A stretch of 64,000 nt of DNA from Anthoceros angustus (Eukaryota > Plantae > Anthocerotophyta): the NCBI GenBank assembly GCA_010909165.1, contig MU008165.1, positions 1,302,001 through 1,366,000 of the forward strand, read 5' to 3'. Position numbers and translations under genes: made by a program. Position 1 is the first letter of the stretch. Every line of letters begins with the position of its first letter. A model generated the notes under the pieces. The model was not told the origin of the DNA, did no database searches, and worked only from the letters and a program-made list of their open reading frames with translations. Below are positions 38,050 to 51,322 of this stretch, piece after piece.

Positions 38050-41000
38050 ATGAATGCACCCCTCACCTCAAGACATTAGAGTGCGCCCGGCAGCATCGCT
38101 TGAGCTTGGTCCTCTCAACCCGCATCCATGCCTCTCATTTCCTAGTCCCAGGGATTGTGCATCTTCAAGGCCTTCGTCTCGGGCGTCGAGGAGGGCACCT
38201 TCCTGCATGCTTGTCCTTAAGATTGGCTAGGTGTCCTATCCTCGGAGGCTAGGCGGTCATGGCGCATTCGCCCCTCTCGGACGGCCGCGGCTGCCTCCCT
38301 CCATGGCGACTGGGCACGCAGCACTGGCTCGCCTCCCGGATTCCTCCATTCCTGACCAACTCGAGCTCGCCTCCGCTCTTGCTCGGGGAAGGAGCAGTTC
38401 ATGGCTTCTAGCGCGACCTTGCATCAAAGTATTTCGAGACGCACCGGCTTCTTTTTCTACCGCGATGAGGTTCCGCCACGGCTTGGTCCAACCTTTGGCC
38501 TGCTCTGTTTAGACCTGCCGCCGTAGCCCCTTGCTCTCCAGCTGGCGGGCAGCGCATTGCTACGCATCACGCCGTTCGCGACGTCATAACGTTCTCGATG
38601 GCCAAGTGGGGACCCAGGTTTCCGTTGTGGATGTGGTCGTAACAGACCTTGCCCGACACCGCAGCACGCGTCATCATCAACCCTCCAAAGTTGGGTGGCG
38701 AGAGATGCGCGACAACGGCGGTTCACAAGTACTCGCCCATGCAAGAAGGGCCCATTGAAGACCGCTCGTGAGCGGAGGTGCCAAGCCAAGAATGAAGGAT
38801 CGAGGCCAAGCTCAAGGAGCCGGAGGAAGGACAGCCACATGGAGCAAGGAGCGTGAGGAGCTCATGCAAGCAACGGAGGCGACCAGCGGAAGGAAGAGGT
38901 AGCCCACGGAGGAAAATGATGCATCGCATGTGGTTGCCGTGAAGCAACGCCCAGCCGATTATGCATGGCGAAGGATACTAGAGGCATGGAAGAGAGATGC
39001 ATCCGAAAATGTCACTTTACAGCTTCGTTTGAGTGAGGTGACACTTGAGAGGGATGCTTTGCGAAGTAAGTTAGCCTCAGGAGAGCGGCCTGAGGAGTTT
39101 GATGAGATTTGTTTGAAGGGCCAAGAGATGCAGGTCCACTTACATGCTAGGGTCAACAAGTTCGCCAAGGAGATGCGTTCCTTATTGACAAGGAAGTTGT
39201 TGGGTCCCCAAGATGACGACAGGGAGATTTTGGAAGAATTGCGACCCTCAGCTTCGGAGATTCAGGACTTGGAGAGTGAAATGGATGCAGAAGGCTCAGT
39301 GTGGGAGGAGCCAATGGAAGAAGAGGAGATTTCCAGGCGGTAGGGTTGGTGGGGTGTCCGGGCAGAGGATGTGCCGCACCAACACCCAACCGCCTTGAAG
39401 TAATTGCAGCGTGACAGATACAAAGAGGCCAATGCCTCTACAAGAGCGCCCTGCAAGAGGGGGCGGCGTTCTAGCTTCATCAACGGTCAGCATCGCCGAG
39501 ACAGGTGTGGAGGCTCCTGTCGCGACGACGAGTGAAGAGATCCGGACGGGGAACAGTCCCCCAGCAAAGAGGAGGAAGACGGTGGTTGGCGCCTGGCCAT
39601 GCCAACGCCCAAGAAGAAGTAGGCAGATAGTTGGTAGGGGAGTGAATGGGTCATTAAGACCCCTAGGGGGTTAGTGGGATTGTTAGGAGGTAGGTTAAGA
39701 ACCTTTTAAGAGGCCACCTACTTAAAAACCGTGGGCAACCCCACCTACCCCACCAGACTTAATTAATGCTAGGGTTTGGGGGAGCTCCTATAAGAGGGAG
39801 AGGAGCTCCCATAATAAAATGTCATGCCTTGCTCTCCTGACCTATGTGTGCTTGTTTTGCTACGCAAGCGCAGCGCCACCGGTGAGGAGGGTGCATGGTG
39901 TCCGTAGGGTCTTGAGGTGCGGTGACTGTGGTGAGGGCGGGCCCAAACCTTTCTTTGTGGAGGTAGTAGCAGCTTTGAGCGTGAGGGAGCCAGATCGGTG
40001 AAGGAAGACCCTAGCAAAATCCAAAGACGCGGACGCCGCTGCCCAAATGTCCGCCTAGGTCCGTGAGGGCAATGCCCTATGATCTGAGGCAGTTGCTCGG
40101 AGGCCAGGAGGGCGCCCAGGGCTGATAATTAGCTAAGAAGAGTGGAAGAGGTAGATTAGAGAAGAGAGGAGAAGAGAGGAGAAAAGAGAGAAAAGAGAAA
40201 AAAGAGAAGAGAGAGCGAGAGAGCGAGAGAGGACGAGAGAGGAGCTAGAGAGGATAGGGAGCAAGAGAGGTGAAGGGAGGAGCAAGAGAGAACAGAGAAA
40301 AAGACAAAAAGAGAAGAGAGGAGGAGACAAAAAGAGAAGAGAGGAGGAAGAAACCTAGAAAAGAGAGGGAAAGGTGAAATTTCAAGGGCTGTGACAAGAG
40401 CTTGAGGGGGCGGCCCCAAATTTGTCACGAGAAGGGTCTTAGAGAGTGTAGGATCTGCGCTGGTGGGAGGATTGCCCACTAAGTGGACTTCAATAAATTC
40501 TTCTTCTTCTTCTAGCAAAGTAGTGAAAATAGGAATAATTTGTAGGAATTGGCAGGAGATGGAGCACCTAGAACTGCATAGCGAACGCCCAGCTGCGACT
40601 CGCGAGGTGGGAAAGCCGCCTGGCAGCCGCTCGGTCGTGCGCTGGCCAGGCGGCCAGGCCTCCCGCCGCCGTAGCCGCTCCCACCTGCCTGACCGCCCAC
40701 AGCCGGTGGCCACGGGGGGAATCGAATTGGATAAACGCCAATCCTTATCTGCACGTCCAGAGCGGGGCCCACCACGGCCCCTACCACGCCGCCAACAGTC
40801 CTATCTGGGCCCGGCTTGTCCCGGTTTGTCTAACCCGGGTCGCGTGTGCCCTGTCTTTATGTAATGTGCTCCCGTCCCCGGCCGCGCCATTGCACCTGTA
40901 GCACGAAGGTCCAGGCCCGGCCAGCTGGGGGGAGTCGGGACTGGGAGGAAGGAGGAGAGCCCACCGTCGCCTCCCGCGACCTGTCCCCTGCCTCTGTCGC

Positions 41001-41300
41001 CTGGCTTCGACCCCCGTCGCCCCCTCGCCGACTCACCTCGCATCTTGCCAGCCTGCTGCTGCGAAATTGGCGTCTTGTGGAACCTCGGGCTCCATCGCTG
41101 CGTCTTGGAGAGTGCAGGGCTTGTGAGGCGCGGCTCCAGGATCCAGGTGCGGCTCATTCTTGGCTCATTTCTGCTCGCTCCCGAGCTCAGTGTAGGCGAC
41201 CCGCGGGTGCGTGTGCTGTGCTTGGTCCGCTGTTTCCTTCTTTCCCGGGATGCACATCTGGCAGCTGGTGCGGTGTCAAGAAGGCAGCACGGCTGTGTCT
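38050..41300. mobile_element. Degenerate repeat region, probably LTR-retrotransposon-derived
   Basis: Broken GC-rich ORFs include a coiled-coil (38930-39343), a purine-rich tract, and an LTR-terminus-like gggctgtgaca (~40386-40396) and tgtcacg (~40422). No RT or integrase motif was recognised. Confidence 0.35.
40133..40375 (+). repeat. Polypurine (GA-rich) low-complexity tract
   Basis: About 240 nt of almost pure A/G (agagaagagaggagaagagaggag...). Confidence 0.9.
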
Positions 41301-41600
41301 GCTGGATCTGCATGTTTGCGGGAATGCGCCGATCCGTCCGTCAAGGCGGTGGGAGTGAAGTGCAGGAAAGAGTGTCGTTCTGGTGGCAAGCAGCTGGCGG
41401 TAGCGTTCTTGCTTCTTGCCGCCGCGCATTCTCCTTGCCGCTGGTGCATTGAGGCGGCGGAGTTTGTGGTGTCTTGGTTTTTGATGCCGCTTCATCTGCT
41501 GCCTTTGGCTTGCTCGCTAACCGGTTTGTCAGTGTAGTGGTTTGAAAGGGGATATGGCCTAATTGTGGTGCGTGACGCCGCTGGCAGGTCCTTGCACAAG

Positions 41601-42651
41601 ATGCAGAGCTTTTTGAAAGTGGTCAGGTCGAGTGGTTCGGTTGTTAGGGGAGGCGTTCTTCAGCATGTTCGTGTAGGAGGAGCGAGAGCAGCGTCTTTCT
41701 TGAAAGAGCCTTTCGAGGCCGGGTCTTCCGAGACTGCTCCCGCTCCCCTCGAGGAGCATGGCTTTGAGTCTACTACTATAGCAGATCTGTTGAAAAGTAA
41801 GGGGAAGGCTGACGGATCTTGGCTTTTCTGCACCACGGATGACACTGTGTATGACGCCGTGAAATCTGTAAGCACCGACTGGTTTCGTTTTCTTTCTTGG
41901 CAATCAACTTGTCCAGCAATACTAACCTTGGCTCTTTCGTGGCCAGATGACCTCCAACAATGTGGGAGCGCTTCTAGTGGTGCGCCCCGGGGAATCGTCC
42001 TCCATCGCTGGCATTATCACGGAGAGAGGTAGGATGGCAGGTGCAGTGTAGGACAGGTGGAGTCATACCTGTCAAGGAAGTGGCACCAGTGTCTTGTTTC
42101 CTGCGGGTGCAGTAATCCCTGTTGCATAATGTTGTGCCCCACTGACCCCGAGCTGGATGGGAACTGCCAGATTACCTGAGAAAGATCATTGTACAGGGAA
42201 GATCGTCGAAGTCGACCAAAGTTGGTGATATCATGACTGAGGAGGTTAGTTGCCCACCTAGCTTTCCCTGGGGTATGCTTTTACGCAGAACCTGGCCGCG
42301 AAAGAGGAGCTGGCTGCGTTCTTACTGACATGGGAGTCACACTCCCGTCGTGTCTGTTGTCTCAGAACAAGCTGATAACGGTCAGCCCGAGCATGAAGCT
42401 TTTGCAAGCAATGGAGCTGATGACGGGTGAGTAACGCTCTTCCGTGCTGAGCTAGCCTCCTCTTGTGTGTCATCCCGGTCCTCACATTGTACTCCTCCCC
42501 GACGACAGATAAGCGAATCAGACACATCCCTGTGGTCGAGAACAAGCAGATGAAGGGCATGGTTTCCATTGGGGATGTCATTCGAGCCATAGTGAAGGAA
42601 CACCGGGAGGAGCTTTCAAGGATGAGCGACTACATTCAAGGTGGCTACTAA
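41601..42651 (+). CDS. CBSX3: Mitochondrial CBS-domain protein
   Basis: Five exons splice in frame: MQSFLKVVRSSG...GFESTTIADLLKSKGKADGSWLFCTTDDTVYDAVKS|MTSNNVGALLVV...GIITER|DYLRKIIVQGRSSKSTKVGDIMTEE|NKLITVSP...|...MVSIGDVIRAIVKEHREELSRMSDYIQGGY*. Matches recalled Arabidopsis CBSX3. Confidence 0.93.
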
Positions 42652-43260
42652 ACTGCAGTTTCTCCTTTGCCACAAGCTGCACCGGAGCAGCCAATCACCC
42701 TGTATATAAATCATGAACCACCAACCGCCACTCACGCGTGAATGTCGAGTCCAGCAGTCACAGGTGCGTGACTGAATGCTGTGGAAGATGAGACCCGGCG
42801 AGGGCCGGACACATAGTGGATAGCATCTAGCTTCTCGCCTGTAATTACATCACGCTCCTCGCGCTTGTACCTTGAATGTGCGTACATATGTGCGTATGTG
42901 CAACTGCCCTCGGCAGGTCCGTCGCACACGTCGCACTGCCTGCGTTTGGGTCTTTTGGTCTGAACCAAAGCATCTTTGTGTCAGTCCACGTGTGAAGTGC
43001 AGTCTTGGCAGGTCTCGTCTCCACTGGCATCTTGATTAGCTACACTAGGACAGTTCCGGTGCCCGCAGGTATGGATATCCTGTACATCCATATCTGCAAA
43101 AACCAAGATTTTTCGGTCTCCACTGCCGCTAACCAGCAAAAATATCCTACGCGCCCTTTCCCAACTTCAAAAGTTGGTGAGCCTGGAATCCGGGACTGGA
43201 GCGCGTTTCAACGTGTCTGAGGGTTTTGTGCTATGTACGTGGCGTCGGTCTGGATTCTAA

Positions 43261-46200
43261 ATGAAGCAAGCAGCACTCATGGCTGTCAAGTCCGACGGAG
43301 AGGAGAGTCTGGAGGATGCCCCAAAGCCCAAGCCCAAAGCTAGCAAGGGCAAAGGCAAAGGCAAAGGCAAAGGCAAAGGCAAAAGCGACGGCGATGGCGA
43401 TGGCGATGGCACGTTGAAGCAAAGTAATGCCAATTCTGCTGTTTTTCACCCCCGCTGGGCATCTTGCTTGCCCAACTCCAACTTGTACATGTTTGTCGTG
43501 CTGTGCAGAATCCCCTGCAGAATTTTTCGCGGAGAACAAGAACATCGCAGGTTTCGACAATGTAATTCCCAGGTCCATCTGTGCTTAATCGATTTCTGGA
43601 TTTCACGAGGAGCTCCGCGTTGGTTACTGGACATATGCTAACTCGGCCTGCAATCTTCTTCAGCCCGGGAAAAGTTTGTACACCACCGTCCGCGAGCTCG
43701 TTGAGAATGCCCTGGACTCTGCTGAGGCCATCGCAGTTCTTCCAGAGATTGAGCTAACAATGTGAGACCATGGGCCCAGTGGAAGTCCTGTTTGCCTAGT
43801 ACAATCATGGGGCCGTGCTGTATGCCCCTCGTTAATACCGTTGGTTCTGTGCGGTCAGCGAGGAGCTCAGCAGATCCCAGTTCAACACCTTGATAGGCCT
43901 GACAGACAGGGAGCGTGTGGATGCTGCATTGTATGATGATTTTGAGACCGAGAAAGCGAAAGAGGTTTGTACGAACTGGATTGTTTTTTCTGCTGCTTTG
44001 AAGGGTTTTGTTTCAAGCTACTAGACTCCTTAAGTATTGTGGTAATTTCCATAGAAACGACTGGCTCGAGAAGCTCGCGAGCAAGAGAAACAAATCAAGG
44101 CTGTGGCAGCAGGCAAGAAGATCAAGGATGCTGGGCAACTGAAAACCGGTAAAGGTCGTGGAGAAGCAATGTTCTTCAAAGTGACAGTCAAGGTATTTTG
44201 AAACCGCTCTTCTGCACAGACTGCATTGTCCTCTAAAGCTCTGGATTCTGGATATGGTTGATTGCTGTATTTTTCAAGATCCAGGTTAGTCATCTCCTTG
44301 ATTCCACGTTTGCAGGATAATGGGCGAGGGATGGCACATGATGACATCCTAACATGTTTGGACGAGGTGAACCTTCGTCTCACAAGTATCTTTTCATTTA
44401 TTGGTGATGTGTGTTCCTTGAAATGTAGCTTTCTGTTCATTGATGGGAAAATGTTTTTTCTGTGATGAAGTGCTGTCCGGGACCAAGTATGGCCTGAAGC
44501 AGACTCGTGGAAAGTTTGGACTTGGCGCCAAAATGGTAAGCCCTGTGCTCCCTTTTTGCCCGTTGTCATTTGCAGTAATGATTTCAAGATGGGGAATTAG
44601 CCAACGCTGTATGATATGATTTCAGATGCAAAACTCACCATCTGTAGTAAGTCACCTGTCTTGGCTATATTTCTTCCAGGCACTAATATGGTCAAAGATG
44701 AGCACAGGATTGCCCATTGACATACTGAGTGCAACCAAGAATCAGAGTTTCATGTCTTTTTGCAAGTTGGACATAGATATTCACAAGTAGGTTGTTGTGA
44801 GTCACCTTTCACCTCTCCAAGTCCCCACATGTTTTAGATTTCAACCACCAGTCGTCAGCTTCTGCTTTGCGGCAGATGCTTAGTGAAGGAACCCTGACGG
44901 CTGGTGCATATCACAGGAATGTGCCCAATATCCATGTTCATGAAAAACGCACCAACAGTGATGGATGGCACGGAGCTGAAATTCAAGTCACAATTGAGGG
45001 AAACTGGACAACATACCGTGTGAGTTTTCACTTGCCATCAGTGGTGAAGCACTTGTCTCTGGACGCAGGTGCTGCCCCAGCGTTTGTAAGCAAGTTGCTA
45101 TGCACTGTGCTGTGATTATCTTGGATGTTCAGTAGAGGTGACTGTCTTACATCTGCAGTCCAAGATCATCAACTACATGAGACAAATGGCAGTAATCACA
45201 CCCTACGCTCAGTTTCTCTTCAGCTACATCGGCTCAACTTCTGAGTAAGTCTCGTGTTCCAGAGAAACTCTCCTGAAAATCCCTGCAAATTTATTTTGTC
45301 TTGACATAGCAAACTGGGTTGGTACCTTGGTGAAGCAAAAACGTCACAGTCAGGTTTGCACGTCGAACGAACACCATGCCACCAGCCCCAGTGGAGACCA
45401 AGTATCATCCATCTGCTGTGGACTTGTTGCTTATAAAGCGCTTGATAGCAGATACATTGAAGCCGACCCTTGCCCAGTTCCTTCAGCACGAGTTCACAAA
45501 CATAAGCAAGTCTTATGCTGAGCGTCTTATTGGTTAGTACTTCACATCAAGCAGTGAATGCAGAACTCTTGTGGTATGGTTGTACCTTCAATCAGTCACT
45601 TCATGGTATACCAGGTGAAATGGGAGAGGAGTTCACTGCAAAAACAAACGTGAAAACACTTACGTCCCAGCACATTGTTCGGATCCATCAGCTGTTTAGA
45701 CAGGCGAAATTTGATGATCCAAGTGGAGAGGTAGGTCAGGGATGGTCTCTTCGGCTTCACTATCAAACTACTTATGCAAGTGCTTGATGGTTGCAATTTC
45801 TTGTACAGTGCCTCAGTCCAGCTGGAGAGTACAATTTGCACCTGGGCATCATGAAAGAGTTGCATCCAGACATGGTCGCAACGTTCCAGAGCAAGTAAGG
45901 GCTGAAATTATGTGCAGAGGTATCTTTGGAAGAGTAGTGCACGGTGTCCTTGTCCTTGTCGGAGTGCAAGCTGTCTCACAATGTCGACAAGCTGAACTGA
46001 ACACCCAACTGTTGCAAAATGTGTAGTACACAGGTGTTTGAAGGCCATCCTTTTCTCGTGGAGGCTGCAGTGAGCCTAGGAGGCAAAGATGTGAAGCAGG
46101 TCGGTGCAATATCCTCAGCTTGTTCCACAGTATGCCTGGCATTTGAGGTCCTGTTCCTGTTTCCTACCAGTCGATTGACCAGAGTGTCTGTCACAGGGGA

Positions 46201-47375
46201 TCAATGTCTTCCGTTTTGCCAATAGGATACCACTTCTGTTCGAGCAGGGAGGAGACGTTGTCACCCGAACAGCGATGAAACGCATCAAGTTAGTGGTTCA
46301 GCCTTCTGCATCATCTGCTGCATTTTCTCTTGGTCTTAAGCAGCCTTCTGCAGCATCTGCTGCAGTTTCTCTTGGTCATAGGCAGCCTTTTGCATCATCC
46401 GCTGCAGTTTCTCTTGGTCATAGGCAGCCTTCTGCATCATCTGCTGCAATTTCTCTTGGTCATAGACAGCCTTCTGCATCATCAGCTGCAGTTTCTCTTG
46501 GTCATAGGCAAGGTTTGCTTACCTCGAGGGGCTTTTCTTCTGGTTTGCTCCTCAGCTGGAGCAGCTACAAAATGAACCAAATGCAGGACAAAATTGGTGT
46601 TTTTGTGAGCATTGTAAGTACAAAGATTCCTTTTAAAGGGACTGGGAAGGAATACATTGGAGACGATATACAGGAAATATCTGCTGCCGTGAAGGTACTC
46701 ATATCTGGTGGAAGGCAGTCGTTGTGGCCGCATTGATGCATGAGGAGCTCCGCTTGTCCCATTTCTAACATCTTGCTACCAGTCAGCGATACAACAATGT
46801 TGTATACAACTGAAATCGAAGATTGTCCGGCAACAAGCAGCTCGTGATAGGCAACAACGAAAACGGAATCTGGCCAGGTATGTTCCTGGGAAACAGTCGT
46901 CCAGCTTCCGTCGTGTTTGAGAAAGGGCGTTCCTGGCTTGACGTGCTCACCGATTCAGGTACATACCAGACGTGTCACGAGCTATCTACAATATTCTGGA
47001 GATAATGGCTGAGGAACAGAAGCCTAAGAGACCTCGATTTGATGATGAATCCGAAGAGTTGCTCAAGGACGTGATGCACCAAAGGCTGACGGAAGAAATC
47101 CTGCACGAAAAGCTTGCAGAGTATGTCAACAAGGTAATGCGGTGCCATGGCCATGGCTTTCAGATGTCCCAGCCTTCGCTGCTCAAGAGTACCGCTGCTA
47201 ACACATGCATCTGCTGCAGGTTGATTCGGAAATGGCACTTGAATATGCTGTGCAAAGTGGGATGGTAGGTGCTGTACGGGAAGAGCTCTACCTCCGAGAG
47301 CTTGACAGAAACCGACCAGTCGCTGCGGAGCTTCACAGCTCTGTTTGCGTAGTTAAACTTTTTAGCGATAGGTGA
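43261..47375 (+). CDS. TOP6B: DNA topoisomerase VI subunit B
   Basis: [106 protein letters not shown] and SIVSTKIPFKGTGKEYIGDD are present, ending VKLFSDR*. The start is at 43261 or 43279. Confidence 0.95.
46299..46508. repeat. Five 42-bp tandem repeats inside a TOP6B intron
   Basis: The unit cagccttctgcatcatctgctgcagtttctcttggtcatagg starts at 46299, 46341, 46383, 46425 and 46467. Confidence 0.95.
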
Positions 47376-47493
47376 TAACAACAATTCTGTGGTCGTACTT
47401 TGGCGTGATCTCAAATTTGTTACCGTCCAAGATTAGAAGTATATGTCAAGACGCGGGGTTGCTGTTGAAGGAGTGCGCTACATAGCTGTGCAG

Positions 47494-50400
47494 CTACACT
47501 TCAGCTCCTTCAGAACCCACCACTTCCCGAAAGGGCAAGGGAACTGTCTTCACAGCTCTGTATTTACCAACGTTGTTGAGATGTTCATTTTCTAGCCTGC
47601 ATCCAGTAAATCGGAGTTAACAAACGGTATCCTGTCGTGGACCAGCATTTGAAGTGGACCTTCCACGTTCCAACTCTTTCAAAATTCGACAAAGCAAACA
47701 CTCGTACCGGAAAAAGTTCCATTGCCCTCGCCTTAGAACTTCGAGCGAAGCAACGACGAGGTCCACCACGCGCCGGTTCAATTTGCCGAATTGCACGTGC
47801 GTCAGCGATAACACCCACGCAAGCCTCAAGAGTGTGTTCAACACCTGTCACCCACAGAAAGGCATGAAACACATAGCCTCCTGCAGTGTTGTACAGAACG
47901 AGGGAGCCGTTGGTCGCTTACCATACAACAGAAGTATACAGCTTTTGTCCGCAGCATAAGCTCATCCCTTAACCATGGATTCTTGGAAGACGGCTGAAGA
48001 AGCCCCCAATCCACCACAAGATCCCAGTATAGTTGGTAGAACGTGGCTATGGTTGATGTCATGATGAACATCGCTAACCAGCCGGGAGCGTTGTCCTTGG
48101 TGTATGTCAATCTCATCGCAACGGCAACCATAGCTGACAGATATTTCCCTCCATTGGCAATGTGTGCTCGGTCACCCTCATCCACCCATCGTCGAAAACA
48201 CTGGAGGTAAGGCATGTCAGGTACTCGTGGCAATGTCAGTGAAATTTAGCACAGGTCCTTAGTACTATGACGAACCTGCATTAGACGGAAGAAGTAAGGC
48301 AACAAGGAGACGACATATGCCAGGTCCTTGAAATGCTTGTTTTGCAGGCAAGCATTTGAGTCCCTATGCACGAAAAATCCCCCCATGTAGTAGCAGCTGA
48401 AATACTCCATATTCCGCAACATTTGCACCTGCACCGAGAGATATATGATAGTTAGATCCAGCAAGGGAATCTACGTACTTCTGGATCTGATAACGTGCGG
48501 CTACTCACCTGGCTTGTAAGTTGGTCTCCGAGAAAAAAATCTGCAAAGACGACCTGCATGCGATTGCGGTCTCCATTAGTGCTACTTCACGTCTGGCTGG
48601 TAGGTTTTCTGTTGGTGTTCAAAGATGGGGATATAATTTGCTTGCAAAATTGGCTGAATTCTTTCGCACCTTGTACAACGGAGCCATGATAAGATGGACC
48701 ACAGAACGTAGAAAGAACACTCGGCTCGAGTAATAAAAGAGGTTAAACGGAAGGAGAAGCAGCATCACAGCAACCTGCTCCATTTACCACAGTGTAACTC
48801 ATTCAGATCACCATTGGGCACCCTTTTTTGTCCCTGTGGAATCCTACCGGCCTGCCATGAATTCACATGCAAATCAGGATGCCAATGGACACATCATGTC
48901 ACAGTATCCCCAAAGCCGCACAGACTTTGTTCTGCAGTCAGGCATGCGGTTAAAAGACAACATGAGGACTGAGAAGGAAATGCTCACCGCCACGACTCCC
49001 AGCGGAATTATGTCTACGTAGACTGAACGAGGATCTGGGTTGTCTTTGACAGCAAAATGTGCAGCCAGGTGTGCCAACATGCCGCCCACAACCAGTGCCG
49101 TGAGACCAGAGGCAACAAGTAAAACCTCACGATATCGGAGTTCCTTTCCGGGTGAAAACTCAAATATGAAAGCGTAATTGATCCGAGCTCTTCTCCACAT
49201 GTATACATTGCAACCGTACATGTACAAGTGCAGGATGATCAACGCCAGCATGCTGCACACGATGGTCCAAAACAATTTAACATTCTTGAAGCCCCAGCAC
49301 CACAACATGGTTACTCTTAGTACTACTGAAATTAACACGCAAACCAGGTACCTAAAAACCTCAAAGATGGACTCCATGTACGACGGCCGAAGCGGAGTTT
49401 CCTCCGCGTCCACATAGTTGCCACCTATGTGAACAACTATGCCTAATGCAGCAAAGAGGGCTATTGAACACCCGGAGAAAAGACCTGAGTCATGTTGAAA
49501 CCAGTAATGTAGATCAGTGTCCGGTAAGAAAGAGTAATGTACATCAGAAGTTAACTCAGATCCAAACATAAGGCCTTGTTTGCACATTGGATCTGAGGAA
49601 GCAATCTCAAGCGAGTGACCAGCTGGCTCATTACCGAGAAAGAATGAAACAGTGTGGGAAGACTTTTGCTGAAATGGCCTTAAACTACGCATGGCATGCC
49701 TGCGGTCATCCTTTGTAAAATGTGCAGTGAAAATCATCTCAACCTTCTCCATCAACTTTACAACCTGTGGAACAAAAGACCGTTAGCTGATAAGGACTAG
49801 ACACCTGGACACGTGAACGGGGTTTCCAGGGGAAGGACTGTACTTGATCAGAGCTTTGAACATATGAGCCTTCGACAGCTTTCAGATATTTTGCCGATGA
49901 ACGCCTCCCACTGATCTGGTAAGGAAGGAAAAACAGATCAGCGTCACGTTTCCCCGACGTCAAGCTGCACACAAATTATCTCACTATGGTTGAGGGTTAA
50001 CCTTATCAAACTTCTTCAAAATTTTGCCGAAGGCTACAATGTTGAGAGAGCTGCAACAAGGGAGCAAGATGGTCAGAATGAAACAACATGACATCTGCAA
50101 AACCCAAAGCACTTGGAGAAACGAGAGCATGCGAGAAAATGAACCTGAAGCCCTTAAGCAAGGTGAGCCCCCGGTAGAACTCGATGAAAGCTGTGCGAAG
50201 CATCTTCTCTGCGTATTGCACCTTCTTCCTGCTCACTGTCATGTCATCCTTGCTTTTGCTGTCAGATCCTCTACTGTCGGATCCTCGCTGCCGAAAATCC
50301 TCCCAAAATATTTGGGAGAGGGCAGAGATGGTGGCCCTGGGTGTGGTGCGAGGAATTGACATTTTCATTTGATTGGAAGGCGAAGACGCCTTTTGCAAGA

Positions 50401-51322
50401 GGTCGTTCAAACTGGAAGATTGTTTGCCATTGATACTCGCGCTTTCCTGCGCGCCCTCAGGTGGCTTGGACGTATCCGAGTCGGGCAGTGGAAGGCTCTC
50501 GGATTCCGCAATGGAGGTAACGGATGGGGGACTAAAAGCAACTTTTCCTGCGCTCATTTCTTGAAGGCTGCCTTCTTCCTCTGCTGAGTCTGAGGCAAAC
50601 AGTGGAGCGGGCAGAGTGATGACATCTCGGTAAGCAAACGATTTATTGCTCCAGATTTTGAGACATCAATCCACTCACCAGAGTTGGACTCCCTGGAATC
50701 CCTCTTGGAGGGACTGGCTGGCCCCCGAGAACGATTCTGTTCAAGAACGGCCTGCATTTCAACCAGAGCTTGCATCTGCCTGTCCAGCATCTGCGCACGG
50801 TTGATGTATTCCGCTTCCTTGACATGATAGAAGTCATTGACCTTGTTGAGCTGCTCATCAAGCTTGGCGAAGAAAACTCTCTCTTGCTCGGTCGGTGAAG
50901 CGGAGTCCTGCAACTGCGTCTCGAACACTTCGCTGCCATCGAGAAGCTTCTGGTGATTCACCTGCCAGCAATGCGGAAATCCAACATTCAGCGAATTGCG
51001 CAAACTCAAGAAACCGGGGTCCAAGAAACTGTCGAAGGTACAGACAGGAGAAAAAGGCGAAACATCCCTTTACCCGAATGAAATCCCCGTGCTGCAACTG
51101 ATAGCTCCTCCTGCGCGTGAGGCTCAACGTTAAGCGCGGGATGGGAGACTCGAAGCTGAGGCGCCTGACCAATCCCGTGGACTCCCGGCCGGACTTGCTC
51201 CTCATGAGCAGCAACTGCTTCTTGATCTGGTTGGCCGCCTTCTTGAGCTGCTTGTAGTTGCAGTAGGCGCCCCTCCACTCGGGGACCGCTTCCATTTCCA
51301 GCTGCTTGGCAAACTTGACCAT
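47494..51322 (-). CDS. PHO1: SPX-EXS phosphate exporter (PHO1 family)
   Basis: [28 protein letters not shown] (SPX), [65 protein letters not shown]...[21 protein letters not shown]|[22 protein letters not shown], with the stop at 47494. Confidence 0.95.
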
